Assembly (NCBI RefSeq): GCF_018350175.1
Contig: NC_058368.1
Span: 111,602,001 to 111,666,000 of the forward strand
Reading direction: 5' to 3'
Length of the DNA stretch: 64,000 nucleotides
DNA from: Felis catus
Lineage: Eukaryota
In this document: positions 47,989 to 59,740 of the stretch, in pieces
Position numbering within the stretch: position 1 is the stretch's first letter
How the letters are laid out: the number at the start of each line of letters is the position of its first letter
Notes under the pieces: model-generated
Told to the model about the DNA's origin: nothing
Seen by the model: the letters and a program-made list of their open reading frames with translations, nothing else
Databases searched by the model: none
Program-made: the position numbers and the translations under genes

Positions 47989-50799
47989 ATCTAGAGAGAG
48001 AAGTATGTCAGCTTTAGTGGCAGGGGGCTTCTTTATAGAACTCCTTTGGGTCTGAGAACTGACCATTCGTGCCTTTGATAGAGTGAAAAAAGACTCTGGT
48101 ATCCAGGGAACAATTACCTTTTTTTTTTTTTTTTTCCCTGAAAGAGGCCAGAACCTCTTATAAAGTGGGCAGAGCCAGCTTGCTGGCACACAGAGAATTG
48201 TGGGTTTACATATTCATTCAGTAGACACTCTGTGCCCAGCCCTGTGAGTGACCCATCTTCAGTATCAGGAAATGCTCTCAGGATGTTTTTAGTACAGTTC
48301 AAGCTAACAAATGTTGGGGGAACACCTCCTTGTGGCCAGCTGGGCTGCCCTGCATGGGAGTTTGGAGGGTAAATGATGTAGCTCTTGCCTTGGGGATGCT
48401 GGCCTGCCACTGTGCTCTCCCCATGACCCTGGCTCTACTTGGTCCTCAGGAACAGCTCGGGACCTCTCTGGGAAGTCAGGTATTTCCCCTAAAGCCTGTG
48501 GATTGCTTTGACACCCAGGCATGTCTTTGTCCTCTTGGGATTCCCAGTAGCAGACTTCACAAGCCTGAGTGTCTGGGGACCTGGACCTCAGCCCTGCTCC
48601 CTCTGCAGCCAAGCTCCACTGTGTTCTCCTCTTGACTGGACCCAACCATCACGTATTGTAGTGTCTGTTGGCATCCATTCTCCACTGTTGTCACTGAAGA
48701 GGAAGATCAAAACTGGACTTTGGAGACCCAGGAGTGGTTCTTCATGCTTATCAACAGGCCAATCCCAAAGCTTGAATGAGGACAAGGAAGGGGCCTATTT
48801 TGGGTAGAGCTGAAGGGCTGCCTGAAGGTGAGTCAGGCCAGCTGGGTACCTGTTTTGTGGCTTCACCCACTTCCCTTCTTCTCCCTGGTCTAAGCTTCCT
48901 TCTCTCTCAGAAGAGGTGTAATTCTGCTGGTCCTGCGTCCTTGCCTGCCACAGTGATGTTCCAGTGGCACATGTCAGCTTTCTTTTAAATATATGTGAGT
49001 AATTGAGGGTCTCTGGGATGATGGGCAGACTTTAAAAGACTCTTGAGGGGAGCAGGTGATGCTCTGAGGTTTGCAGGGAGTGGGAAGGTGGGTGAGGATG
49101 TGGAAGCCTCAGGGAAAGAGGTGACAGCTGGCTTGGAAGACGAACGTGGGTTTGAGAGATGGACTGAGCCCCTGGCCTCACATCCCCGCTCTGCAGCTGA
49201 GGAACCCTGGGGAGTAGGTCCTGCCTCTTGGCGTGGCTGAACATCACTCTCATCTGGAGAAAGGAGGCAAATGTCGGTGTCTGGCTTAGTGGGTCCTATC
49301 ATGCTTATGAGGCACCTACTGTGAGCTAGACCTTGTATGAGGATCCTGTGAGTGGCAATGACAATGACAGGGCTGGTTGGGGGTAGCTTCAGTATCAGCG
49401 ACAGGAGAGGTGGGTCACGCATTTGGACAGAGGGACCCAAACTGCCTCTACCCCCTAATGATGCCAGGCTGCCTACTCAAAACTGGCCCCATGGTTAAGG
49501 GTTAGAGGCAAGTAAAAATTCAAGGAATGTTTATTAGAGGCTGAGAATGAGAAGGGGAGTTTGGCTCTTCTGGTGACTGGGTAGTTTTTAATTTCACTTT
49601 TATTTTTATCAAAGGAATACATATTCATGGCCAAGCAGTAATAAGCTCGTAATGAAAAGCAGCAGCCTGCTGCCCCATGCCTCCCACCATGGTTCCTGCT
49701 TTCTAGAGGTTGACTGTTCTTAATTCTTTCAGTTGTTTGTTTTGGTACCTCCCATATTTCTAGATAATTTACGTATACTACTTCAGGTATATTTTTCAGG
49801 TTTATTGTTTTTTGACTTCCAGTTATGAGAGATGGGGAATTCATGTTTCCTAGATCACTTCTCTCGTGATCTAAAGAGATAAGAGAGATTCTTTCCAAAG
49901 TGTGGCAGCACACACTTGTAACTGTAAATACCCGAATGATGCCTGTATCCATGTAGCGTCCTGCGATCACCTTCTTTCCGATAGACTTTTTGTTTTCCTT
50001 GGAATTAGGTACATAGCAACCAACTTGCTTCTCTGTTGGCTTGGTTTTCTATTTATTCTCCAGTTCTCTGACTTCACTGAATATATTTCCTGAGTATGTT
50101 CAAAGGCATCAGGTAATACTTGTTTGGTTTCTTTCCCCCCAGCGTGGACACTGCAGCCACACTGTGTGGCCCCTTCACCATTGTCCCAGGAGTTTTGCTG
50201 CCTCACCTCTGTCCTGGGCTCCAAGCCTCACTTTTCCTGTGTCTAGACTCCCCTTCAAGGAGCATACCTTCCAGGATCTTCCTGAGAAAGATGTGCGATG
50301 TAAAAATTGAGCGATATTGCATGACTGAAAATATCTTTGTGTGGCTTTTATACTTGATGACTGTTTTGGCTGAATATCAAATCCTAGATTGAAAGTGCTT
50401 TCCCTTAGAAGCTTGTCCATTATCTGACAAGGCAGGTGCTGTTCGGTGTCCCACTTCTCAGGATGTGCCCGTTTCCACACATTCGCCACGTCTGTGCACC
50501 CTACCCCCACCAAGGAGCTTGGAGGATTGTCCCTTTCTCACCAGGGTACCAAAATTCACATTTCCATTGCTTCATTTGAATTTTTTTTTTAAAAAAAGGC
50601 ATTGCTTTTGGCCCTTGGTGGATACTTATAGTCAACTCTAGGGATTTACCTTATGTATACGATAAAAATTTCTGCCCTCTGTTCATTTTCTCCTTTTTGG
50701 AATTCCTGTTTTGTTTTTGGTTTTGTTTTTGTTTTTTTTAGATTGAGCCTCCTGAGCTGATTCTCTCATTAACCTTGTCTCCTAATTTCCATCTTTTGG

Positions 50800-52179
50800 T
50801 TGCTCTTCTCCGACCTTTTGGTCTCAGGTCCCTTTCTAGTCTCAGGATCTATTCACATTAAAAAAAAAAAATTTTTTTTTATTTGAGAGACAGCGAGCGA
50901 GCCTGAGTGGGGGAGGGGTAGAGAGAGAGGGAGACTCAGAATCTGAAGCAGGCTCCAGGCTCCGAGCTGTCAGCACAGAGCCTGATGTGGGGCTCGAACT
51001 CATGAACCACGAGATCGTGACCTGAGCCAAAGTGGGATGCTTAACCGACTGAGCCACCCAAGTGCCTGAGAATCTCGTCGCACTCTTAAAGATCATTGAG
51101 AATCTCCAGGAGTCTTTGTCTATGTAGATTATACTTATTGATATTAGAAATTAAAGAAATTAAAACATAGATGTATGGAGTAATTCATGAAAAATTATAA
51201 TAAACCCACTGCATGTGAACATACATAACATAATTTACGAAAGTATGAATGTATTTTTTCAAAGCAAACATTTAGTGAAAAATGTGACTGTGTTTTCTAT
51301 TTTTGCCACCCTTCTTAATTTGCTGGTTCATAGAGATAGCTCTATTCTCACCAGGTTCTGCCTTGCCATCTGTGTGATACATTGTTTTGATTGAAGTCTG
51401 TGAAGAAACTCTAGTTTGATTCAGATGTGTAGTTGGAAAAAGGCAGAGTATTTTTACTACCCTTTCATGCACTCATGGGTTCTCTTCTTTGATGTTATAC
51501 CAGAACTCTACAATGGTAAATTCTTAATGATTAGTTTCAGTGTGGAATCTGAAACTTGATCGGTGAACTTTGTGTTCTCTGTTAGATTAAAAGCCATTGG
51601 TCTGTCTTGTTCTTTGAGTGGATTTTACCTCTGCCTGGTTTTGTAACATCATTCCTTGATCTTTTGGCAAATATTGGTTCACTGAGTTATACAGATCTAT
51701 TCAATGTTGCTATGTTTCTTCATATAATATCAAGCAATTAGATAGGTAAATATCACTACCAGTCTAAGTAGGAAAGTATGTTCTCAAGCTTATGACAGTA
51801 GATAAATTACCTATGATTCTAATTTTGCTGGAAAACTCAACTTTGATAGTAACGAATATTGGCAGTTGCTTTCCTTGCATTGAAAAGCTGGCTTTGTCCA
51901 TTATGGAGAAAAGATTTCCTGACATTTATTTTTACTGTGGGTGCATAGTGGTAAAGAATATAGGACTCCTAGTACATTTTGCTGCCATGGTCTTAATTTT
52001 TGTTATGGCATCAGGAGTTTGACCCACAGTTGCTCTAGCATCATCAGAGTAATATCAGTGCAGTAGAAAAAGCAAATAATGGCTTTGTGTTATTATGAAA
52101 ATAATTCTGGTTTTATGGAGCCCTTGAAAGGGTTTCAGGAGCCCTTAGGTGTCTGAGGACCACACATTGCAAACTGCTA
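50800..52179. mobile_element. Charlie1a-like hAT DNA transposon (non-autonomous)
   Basis: Left end cttttggtctcagg...cactcttaaagatcattgag; internal gtagttggaaaaaggcagagtattttt and gtgtggaatctgaaac; right end gaccacacattgcaaactgcta followed by ttctagac (hAT NTCTAGAN target). Confidence 0.85.
50872..51066 (-). mobile_element. Can-SINE nested in the Charlie1 left end
   Basis: Antisense SINE body ending gagccacccaagtgcc. Confidence 0.95.
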
Positions 52180-52340
52180 TTCTAGACCAAGTTTTCAACT
52201 TTATCTTACAAACTTCTGTTGAACTTTTTACTCTTGCTTTCCAGGTTTTGATTTCTTAGAGCTCTTTTTTGTTTTTTGTTCCTTGCAGCTTTTAGTTCCT
52301 GTTTTATATATTGTTTATGTTGTCCTCTTGGTTGTAGTCC

Positions 52341-52370
52341 GTGTGTGTGTGTGTGTGTGTATGTGTGTGA

Positions 52371-52416
<46 letters not shown>
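52341..52416 (+). repeat. Interrupted (GT)n microsatellite
   Basis: Direct reading. Confidence 0.95.
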
Positions 52417-52418
<2 letters not shown>

Positions 52419-53204
52419 GCTCTTAGCAATATCTGGTGATTTTTGGTTTATACTTTTTTTTTTTTTGGTTTTTGGTTTATACTTAAGAGGAGACACCAAC
52501 ATGCTGGTGTGAAGTCCTCTGGATATGGGTGGGACTTGTCGACAAATGGGCTTGTCTGCAATGTGATTGGGTAGGAACCAGCTGGGGACCATCAAATAAA
52601 GGTGTCTTGAGTTTTTTTCAGGAGCTGGTTAGTTTCAGGGAGAAATGTCCCATCATGGCATATGTAAGTCTTAGATGCAAAAGGACAAAGGGGTCTGGGG
52701 GATTTTGCTGTTCTGTATATTACTTTTCACAGAATGGTACCCCATCGCTTCTGAGTTTTGCTTTGTTGTTTTTGAATCCAGAGGATAGAACTGTCTTCTG
52801 AAAGTTTGGGAGAGAAATAATAATGTGGATGATGAGGATTAGGGAAAGCATCTAGGGATGGAGGTCTCACCTGCTCCTTTTAAAGACTTTATTCATTCTC
52901 TTTTCCATTTCAGCTGCACCTCTGCCTTCAGAGGCATCATTACCTCTAATTCACTTGAACTTCTGAGCTTCTGGAACACAGCAGCTTGCTTCTTGAAGGC
53001 TGGCCCAGTGCAGGCTTAGCAGGCTGCAGAATGCTGGAGCCTAAGCGAGCATCACTCATCCATTTACTTGCTGGCTTCCAAAACAGTGTTGACATCTCTT
53101 ATCTACTATTGTTTTCTTTTCCTTTCTCCTGGTCATTTTGGATTTATGCGATAAATCATTCTAATTTATGCAAATAAAAAATTCTTTACTTTGTAGTTAG
53201 GCAG

Positions 53205-53630
53205 TGTGAGGGACACTATAAATTGACCCCCAGTTATCCTTTCTTCCTGGTACTCATGCCCTTATACAGTTCCTTCCTGTCTTGGATGTGATCGACAGGG
53301 ACCTGTGACATCCATCCAACTACTGGAATGCGGCAAAGGTGATGGGGTATCACTTCTATGATGGCTTACATGAGATTGTGAACATCAGCTTTGCCAGAAG
53401 GCTCTCCGCCTTGCTGGTTTTGATGAAGCTATGTGGGAGGCCCACATGGCAAGGAACTGAGGGCAGTCTCCAGCCAACAACCAGCTAGAAACTGAGAATG
53501 GCTTCTGGCTGAAAGCCAGCAAGAAACCCCGTTTCAGGTTGCAAGTAACTGACTTATGCCAGCAACCACGTAGGATGGGAAGAGTTCAGTCCTTCCCTGT
53601 TTGAGCCTTGAAATGAGATTGCAGATCCCT
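53205..53630 (+). mobile_element. MaLR LTR (MLT1E/F-like), 3' truncated
   Basis: ttcctggtactcatgcccttatac...ggcaaaggtgatggggtatcacttc...gaggcccacatggcaaggaactgagggcagtctccagccaaca...gagccttgaaatgagattgcag. Confidence 0.85.
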
Positions 53631-54274
53631 TTCTGCAGGTTTGTAATGTGGTCGTGTGCCATCAGATAGTCCTTACAGGCAGTATTTGAGGTGCTGGGTT
53701 CAGCTGGAAGACTAGGTATTGTGCTTTGGCCTCACAGGCTGATAGCCATGTATAGCTGAATATGGGACGTGGCCCCTCAGGGCAGGACTCCAGGTCAGGA
53801 ATCTGGTGCTTAAAGACTCCATTGACATTGGCTGCTGGTGGTGACAGAATTCAGAAGACTCCACCACATCAGCCTCCTAAGTTCAGAGAGGGGTTCCTCA
53901 CAAGGGGCCGTTCTTTGGTGTTGTGGGTTGCTGAGGTCTGCAAACCTTTGCACCCAGCCCCTGGACTATGCATCCTCAATTATCATGCTTAGAAGGGGTC
54001 TGCAGCCCAGCTCTCCTCTACTGGGGAGGTTGGGGGATGCAAAACGTCACCTGAAACACTGGAATTTTAACTGTAAGTGTAGATTACAATTACAGAAGGC
54101 AAGAAGGACTGTTTCTATTAATTTCTATTAGTGTTGAGTGGGCCCGAGGGAAGCAACATGTCGCTGTGGCAGGTACATTTAGTCAGGAGCCCGGGATTGG
54201 CTGCTCATCTTTGATTTATCCTTAACAGCTGGGGCACCTTGCACAGGTGACTTGACTGTCCACCCTCAGTTTGT

Positions 54275-54430
54275 CATTCATTCAATCGATCATTTACCCA
54301 ATGGTTAATGAGTCAATCAATCATTTACCCAATATTTAATGAGTATGTCTTGTGTGCCAGGCTCCGTGTTAGGTGCCAGGGCAATAGACACGAAGGTGAT
54401 GTGGTACCTGCTGTCAGAACTTGATTTGAG
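54275..54430 (-). mobile_element. L2 3' end with a 31-bp tandem duplication
   Basis: cattcattcaatc...aatatttaatgagtatgtcttgtgtgccaggctccgtgttaggtgccaggg. Confidence 0.7.
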
Positions 54431-54499
54431 GTAGGTTAGAGGGGCACAAAACCAGGCAAACTGAGGACCGCTGAGCTTGCAAGTGGGATGTGTGTGTGC

Positions 54500-54836
54500 C
54501 TGCAGACACGTTTGTTTGGTTCATTCTGTGTTTTAAATTACTGGAATTGGTTGCTGGTATTTTTTATTACTATTTGAAAAAATTTGGGGGGTAATGTTTG
54601 TTTATTTTTGAGAGGCAGAGAGCACGAGTGGGGAAGGGCTAGAGAGAGAGGGAGATACAAACTCGGAAGCAGGCTCTAGGCTCTGAGATCACGACCTGAG
54701 CTGAAGTCAGACACTTAACCGAAGGAACCACCCAGGGGCCCCATTGGTTGCTGATATCTAAAAGTTAGGATATTTTAGCTAACACTTTGAATTTATGACT
54801 TGTCTAGAGAAATAGAGAAATTTTGCAACAGTCCCC
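54500..54836. mobile_element. MER103-like hAT fragment split by a SINE
   Basis: gaattggttgctgatatctaaaagttaggatatttt...gagaaatagagaaattttgcaacag resembles MER103C. Confidence 0.45.
54561..54742 (-). mobile_element. Can-SINE with internal deletion
   Basis: TSD attggttgctggtat (54546-54560) / attggttgctgatat (54743-54757); body jumps ctctgag|atcacgacc. Confidence 0.93.
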
Positions 54837-55629
54837 AGGAACTCCCCTCTTTAAATGGGCAAGGACATATGTCTTTATAAAAGAATAAGAGAGAGGCTGG
54901 GGGGGGGGGACTGTGTTTTAAGGAAGAGGAGAATGTGCACAGGTAGCACCTGTCTTTTGTTGAGGTGCACCCTGGGGACTTCCCTTTGGGTGAACCCTGC
55001 TCTCAACATGTGCCAAGTGGGCCCATGGATCAGAGGACAAAGGGCGTGATGTCTGGGGTCGCAGGTGCCCCTTGTGCTTCTTAGGGCTGTTGTAAAGAGC
55101 AGTGAGGCTGACCAACACGAGTGAAAGCTTCTGGGTCCTTTGTAATAGGCATCCATTCATTAGTCTGAGGGCCAGGCGCTTTACTGGTGAATCTCTCCAC
55201 ACCACAATCTATATCATGCACACAATTCCTTGGGTGCAGGAATTCCGTTTGAGCACAACCAGAATATGGTTATGGAAATGGATGTTGGTTCCAGGTGGCC
55301 AGTGGTTGGTTGGCTTTTCCTGATTGAAACCTCCTGGCCAAAGACAGTTCCCTCCAGTATCTGCAACCTTCCCCCTCCTCTTCTGCTGCCACAGCTGCCA
55401 CTATCTTGTAGCCCCAGGGGCCTCATTGTCCTGTGGGGGCCGTGCGGATCTGCCTCTTGGTGGAGGGTCCTGTCGAAGGAACCTTTTAGGAGTGGCATCC
55501 TGGTGGGCTTGAACTGAGTGCCCCCACCCTAGACTTGCCTGAGGCAGTTCTGGGGGGAGGGCTAGGGAGTCTGGCTACTTATCTCACACCATTAGGCTTA
55601 AGGCAGTGCTGCTAGCAGACAAAGGCTCG

Positions 55630-55830
55630 AAGGGGATTAGGGGTAATTACCAGGCCCGCTCTTTATTCCCAAGGTTTAATGGGCCCAGCCACTGTAATTG
55701 TACCTGCTAGTGTCGGACTGTTCCCTCCCATCCAAAGGCCAGGTCCCGGGCTGGGGTATGGGTGTCAGAAGCCAGGGCCCATTGCTTGCCCACCTGCCCA
55801 TTTATTGCTAGGTGGCAACTGGAGCGTCCA
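55630..55830. promoter_or_regulatory. Candidate homeodomain-rich enhancer
   Basis: GGATTA, TAATTA, TTTATT, TTAATGG and TAATTG within about 80 bp (55634-55701). Confidence 0.4.
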
Positions 55831-56419
55831 GTGACCTTAGGTGAGTACATTGTGGAATGCCATCCTGGCAAGGATGGATAGCTGAGCTCATCAGGGAGAA
55901 AACAAAGAGCCCATTGTGTACTAAGGACCTTTGGATGGGGTTTAGGAGGTCCTCTCTGCCTTGTCCAAGGCCTGAGCTGCTCCAGGAGTCTCTACCCTTG
56001 ATGCAGGGGTTATCTCTGTGGCCTCTGGGTCTGTTGGTGTGTCCACGAGGTCAGCGGAGGGTCCTTCTCAGCCTTATAAGGTGGGACCTGCCTTAGGGAT
56101 GAAGGAGGGATGAGGCTTGAGCTCTGGATGGGGGAGTGCTGGCCTTTGCACCCTACATGCTCTGGGGGAACAGTGGACTCAGGTAGTCCTTCCTGGCTGT
56201 GGCCATGGGCATAAGCTGGAGGGCCTTGGGGTTTTAGCTGATGGAAGTCACCCAAAGCAACAGAGGAACTGCTGTTTTGTTCAGGGAATCCCCGCTCGGA
56301 CCCTCTCTGAGGAGCCTTTGCCTAGAAAAGACTCCAGAGGAGTTCAGCAGAGGGCATTTGAAAATTCAGACTATGCATCCTTTTAATCCTTTTGGGGAGC
56401 CTGTAAGGTGATATGTTGG

Positions 56420-56685
56420 CGATGTTTTTATTTCTTAGAATTATTTTTCCAGCCATTCACGTGAACTCAGAGTGCCATATCGGTTTTCCACCTTAAGTAA
56501 GAGGATTAAAAACATTGCATAATGTAGGACCCCAGTTAAGTGCTCCAGCCCCAGCACCTTGTCACATCGTGTAATTGGGAGTAATTGCCAGTGTGGGGTT
56601 AGAGAAAGGCATCCATTCGGGGGCGGGGGGGGGGGCACATCTTGTTTGAACCCTTATTATGGGGAGGCAGATTAATCTGGGAGAG
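56420..56685. promoter_or_regulatory. Candidate enhancer
   Basis: TTCACGTGAA, GGATTA, TTAAGTG, two TAATTG and the palindrome AGATTAATCT in a repeat-free stretch. Confidence 0.35.
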
Positions 56686-58639
56686 TGGGCTCCTTCATTC
56701 AGACAGGAGGGTGTGTTTTGAACATGTTTACCTGGGTATCATCAGAGGAGGAAAGTGAGGTAACTTTGAGAGTGCTACAGGTGTGGGGGGGCATGGAGGC
56801 AAGGATGACTCGGGGTGGGGGTCACAAGGACCAGTATCATGACCTTTTTGGGCTCTTCTACTCCCTGGCTGCCCCTGCTTCACTCTGGAGATGGGGGGCT
56901 GACCCAAGACACTTAGTCCTTCCAAGCTGCCTCCTACTTTAGCTTTGGTCAGATGAGATTGAGGAGATGAGGTGAGAGGATTGTAGTTGCGGTGACAGGG
57001 CTCACCTTCTATGGGGTGTGGGCCTTCAGATGCAGCATTCCTCAATTCAAACCAAACTGTGCTCCAGGTCCTGTGCAACACAAGTGCCTTGACACAGTGC
57101 ATAGACGCTCCTCAGGTAGAGCATTGCTCGTTGCTAGGAGTGTGAGGTGGAGGGTGAGAGACCCTCAGCCCTCTTGGAAGTGACTGAGTCACATGGAAGT
57201 GTTTTGAGAACAGTGTGTTGGGGCCCTTGAACTGGCCGTGTCCCGTCTTTGCCCTGTGCAGTCACCGTCTAGCCATAGATGTTACTTGTCTTCCCCAGGT
57301 TTTGGTGCCTCCTGCCTGAGGTGGGTGGTTTGAGGTGGGAAAAAGAGACAGAACCTGGCTGTCTGTCCAGAGTTCCTGGCTGAGTGGTTTGTGGAGGCTC
57401 TAGGAGGTGTGGGGGGAGCAGAAGAGGGAATGGAAGTGAAACACAGTTGGGAGCAGGGATTTTGTCTGCCCTGCCAGGATGGTCTGTGTGCCCCGCAGCG
57501 GGCTGGGAGGAGAGAGGCGGTCTTGACCCTCTCTTCCTCGACTTTTATCAGTCCTGCCTTGTCTTCCTGTGGTCACCGTTGTCCCCAGGGGAAGGAGAAG
57601 AGGTTTGGGCTCCACCACAGTCATGATCCTCTGTCCACCCAGACTGATTTTCAGTGTAGGGTCCTCTTGGGTGTGGAGACAGTTGCAGGTGAGGTTGGAC
57701 AGGAAGCAGAGGCTGAGGATGTCATCGGTCTGTTGCACTTTGAAGCAAATCTCAAGTGCCTGGCCCAGGCCCATGTTGCACCAAGCCCTGTGTGGTTCAT
57801 TGCTCCCAAGGTCAGCTTCTACAGGTGACTGTAGCCCAGCCACATATGCCCAGCACATGTTGCCTGTGAGGACTTGTGCCCCTCCCAAAGGATTCAGAGG
57901 TGAGCAAGACTCTCCCTTGTCTTTAGAAACTTGCTGGTCATGGGGGAAAGGACAGATGGATCCGAGCTCCCTTCTGAGGCTGAACCATTGTGCAGGCTTC
58001 AGCCTCTGCAATACTTTATTTACAGATGGGGTACTTGCAGCACAGAACACAGGTGGACTGCCACAGGCCACACAGCCACTGAGACAAGAGTCTAGACTTG
58101 ATCTTGGATCATTGCTCCCAGATAGATGCCCCAGGATGTCCTATATGAGGGTGGGGCTGATCAGGGGCCAAAGACAACTCATGGGTCATCCATCTAGGTG
58201 CATTGCTGAGGACAGACTGAGAGAGACAAAATGTATGTGTGTGTGTTGATTTCCCAAACCATCTGCTGGTACCATTTACATTCTGGACCTGTAATCATGT
58301 TTTTTCCAGGCCCTAAGAGGGTTAGGGAAGTTCTGAAGAAGGGACCCTTAGTTTCCAAGGCCCCAAGTTAGATGGCTCTCATTTGGATTCTGGTCTTCCA
58401 GCTCCCTTCAATCCTTTGGACTGTCTAGTTGAGGTTTCTAGTTGAGGTTCGGCATTAAGAAAGCTGTATTGACTAAGATGGGGAGGGTATCAGAGGCTTA
58501 CCCCTCTTCTCTTTCTGCCTCCTTAGTACCTCCCAAGCCACCACCCTACAAGTCTAGGGCTCTTTGGTAAATACTTTATAAACCACTTTCCTTGGCCAGG
58601 TCCCTTTTGTGTGAAGGTGTGGAGAAGAAAATAAGGGGC

Positions 58640-59085
58640 TGTAAGATCAGGCTGTGTGGGTTCAGTTCTTGGATCTGCCACTCACTAGCTGTTGTGACAT
58701 TTTGGCATGGTTCTTTTTCTTTGTGTGTGTGTGTTTTTTAAAATGAATGTTTATTCATTTTTGAGGGAAAGAACATGAGTGGGGCAGGAGCACAGAGAGT
58801 GGGGGACAGAGGATCCAAAGCAGGCTCTGTGCTGACAGCAGCAAACCCGATGAGGGGCTCAAACTCAGGAACTATGAGATCATGACCTGAGCCGAAGTCG
58901 GACGCTCAACTGACTGAGCCACCCAGGTGCCCCTGGGCATGTCTCTTTATCTAAGTCTGCTTTCCTCATCTATAAAATAGGCATAAGAATACCTAAGTCA
59001 TAGGCTATGAGGAAGATTAAATAATTCCACCTGTGTAGAATGTTTAAAACTGTGACTAGTGCATGTGCTAAAAATGTTAGTTATT
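58640..59085 (+). mobile_element. MIR split by a Can-SINE
   Basis: gggttcagttcttggatctgccactcactagctgttgtgac ... tttcctcatctataaaataggcataagaatacct...gaggaagattaaataa. Confidence 0.8.
58711..58933 (-). mobile_element. Can-SINE (short-variant subfamily)
   Basis: gggggacagaggatccaaagcaggctctgtgctgacagc; head ends gagccacccaggtgcccc; flanks ggcatggttcttt / ggcatgtctcttt. Confidence 0.95.
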
Positions 59086-59639
59086 AAGAGGGAATTCCTC
59101 AGTCTTACCCTGTCTCTGGCCTCCGAAGAAATTCTCTCTAGTAATGAGTACTGAAGCCACGAGAAGTGTTGGGAAAGATTTTAGGGTGGAGGGAGGGCCT
59201 TCCTTCCCTCTCAGGGTCACCTCCAGGTCACGCCAGGCCTAGTCCTCATGGGTAGTGACCTTGTTTGCAGGTGAGTCATGGTGGAGACCTGCCTCTTTCA
59301 ACCCCCCTCCTCCCAGCTCTTTGCTTGCACGGAGGTTGAGCAGGATTGATCGGGATGTTGAGGTGTCCTCCTGCCTCTGCCTGGGGCAGGAGGGATGCCT
59401 TGTTCACAGCTCTGGGGAGACGTGGGGTGGGCCTAGACTGTGAACCTGTTGCAGCCTGGAGACCTGTTGAGAGTGGCTGGGAACTGGCAGGACCTGAGGA
59501 CAGATTTGAGAACCTTTCCTGAGGGCACCCGGACCCTTGCTTCCCCGCCTTTCTTCTGTAGAAGGAACTGAACAGTTAGGATAAAAGGTATCACCTATGC
59601 TGTTAGGCCCTCCTCTTAATGGCTCTTTTGGAAGTACTC

Positions 59640-59740
59640 CTTTTATCCCCATTCTACAGATGGGCTAGCTGAGGCTGTGAGAGTTGAAGCTGTGGGCATG
59701 GGTGATTCAGGATCTGAGGCCATGGTCTCCTGACCATGCT
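59640..59740 (-). mobile_element. MIR fragment
   Basis: ttatccccattctacagatgggctagctgaggct. Confidence 0.6.

Larger units (their letters stand above)
49585..53200 (-). mobile_element. Ancient HAL1/L1M-type element split by the Charlie1 insertion
   Basis: tgcatgactgaaaatatcttt...ttggctgaatatcaaatcctagattgaaa is the antisense ORF1 end; T-rich 5' region at 52500-53200 (cagcttgcttcttg, ttgacatctcttatct). Confidence 0.6.

Noticed and set aside
6412..51096. Recurring peptide motif (WVAQSVK..TSAQVMIS..SSPTSGSVLTAQSLEPASDS) in several ORFs, resembling a gene family
   Set aside because: It is the translation of Can-SINE sequence, not a protein repeat.
50800..52179. Transposase gene within the Charlie element
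   Set aside because: Internally deleted and degraded; no ORF longer than about 76 aa.
14481..56081. Additional CArG matches (14481, 41972, 48794, 56072)
   Set aside because: About four CC(A/T)6GG matches are expected by chance in 64 kb, and these lack a supporting neighbouring motif.
57391..58249. Overlapping 223-aa and 226-aa ORFs on opposite strands
   Set aside because: No recognisable homology, Cys/Ser/Pro/Leu-rich random composition, and no supporting promoter or splice structure.
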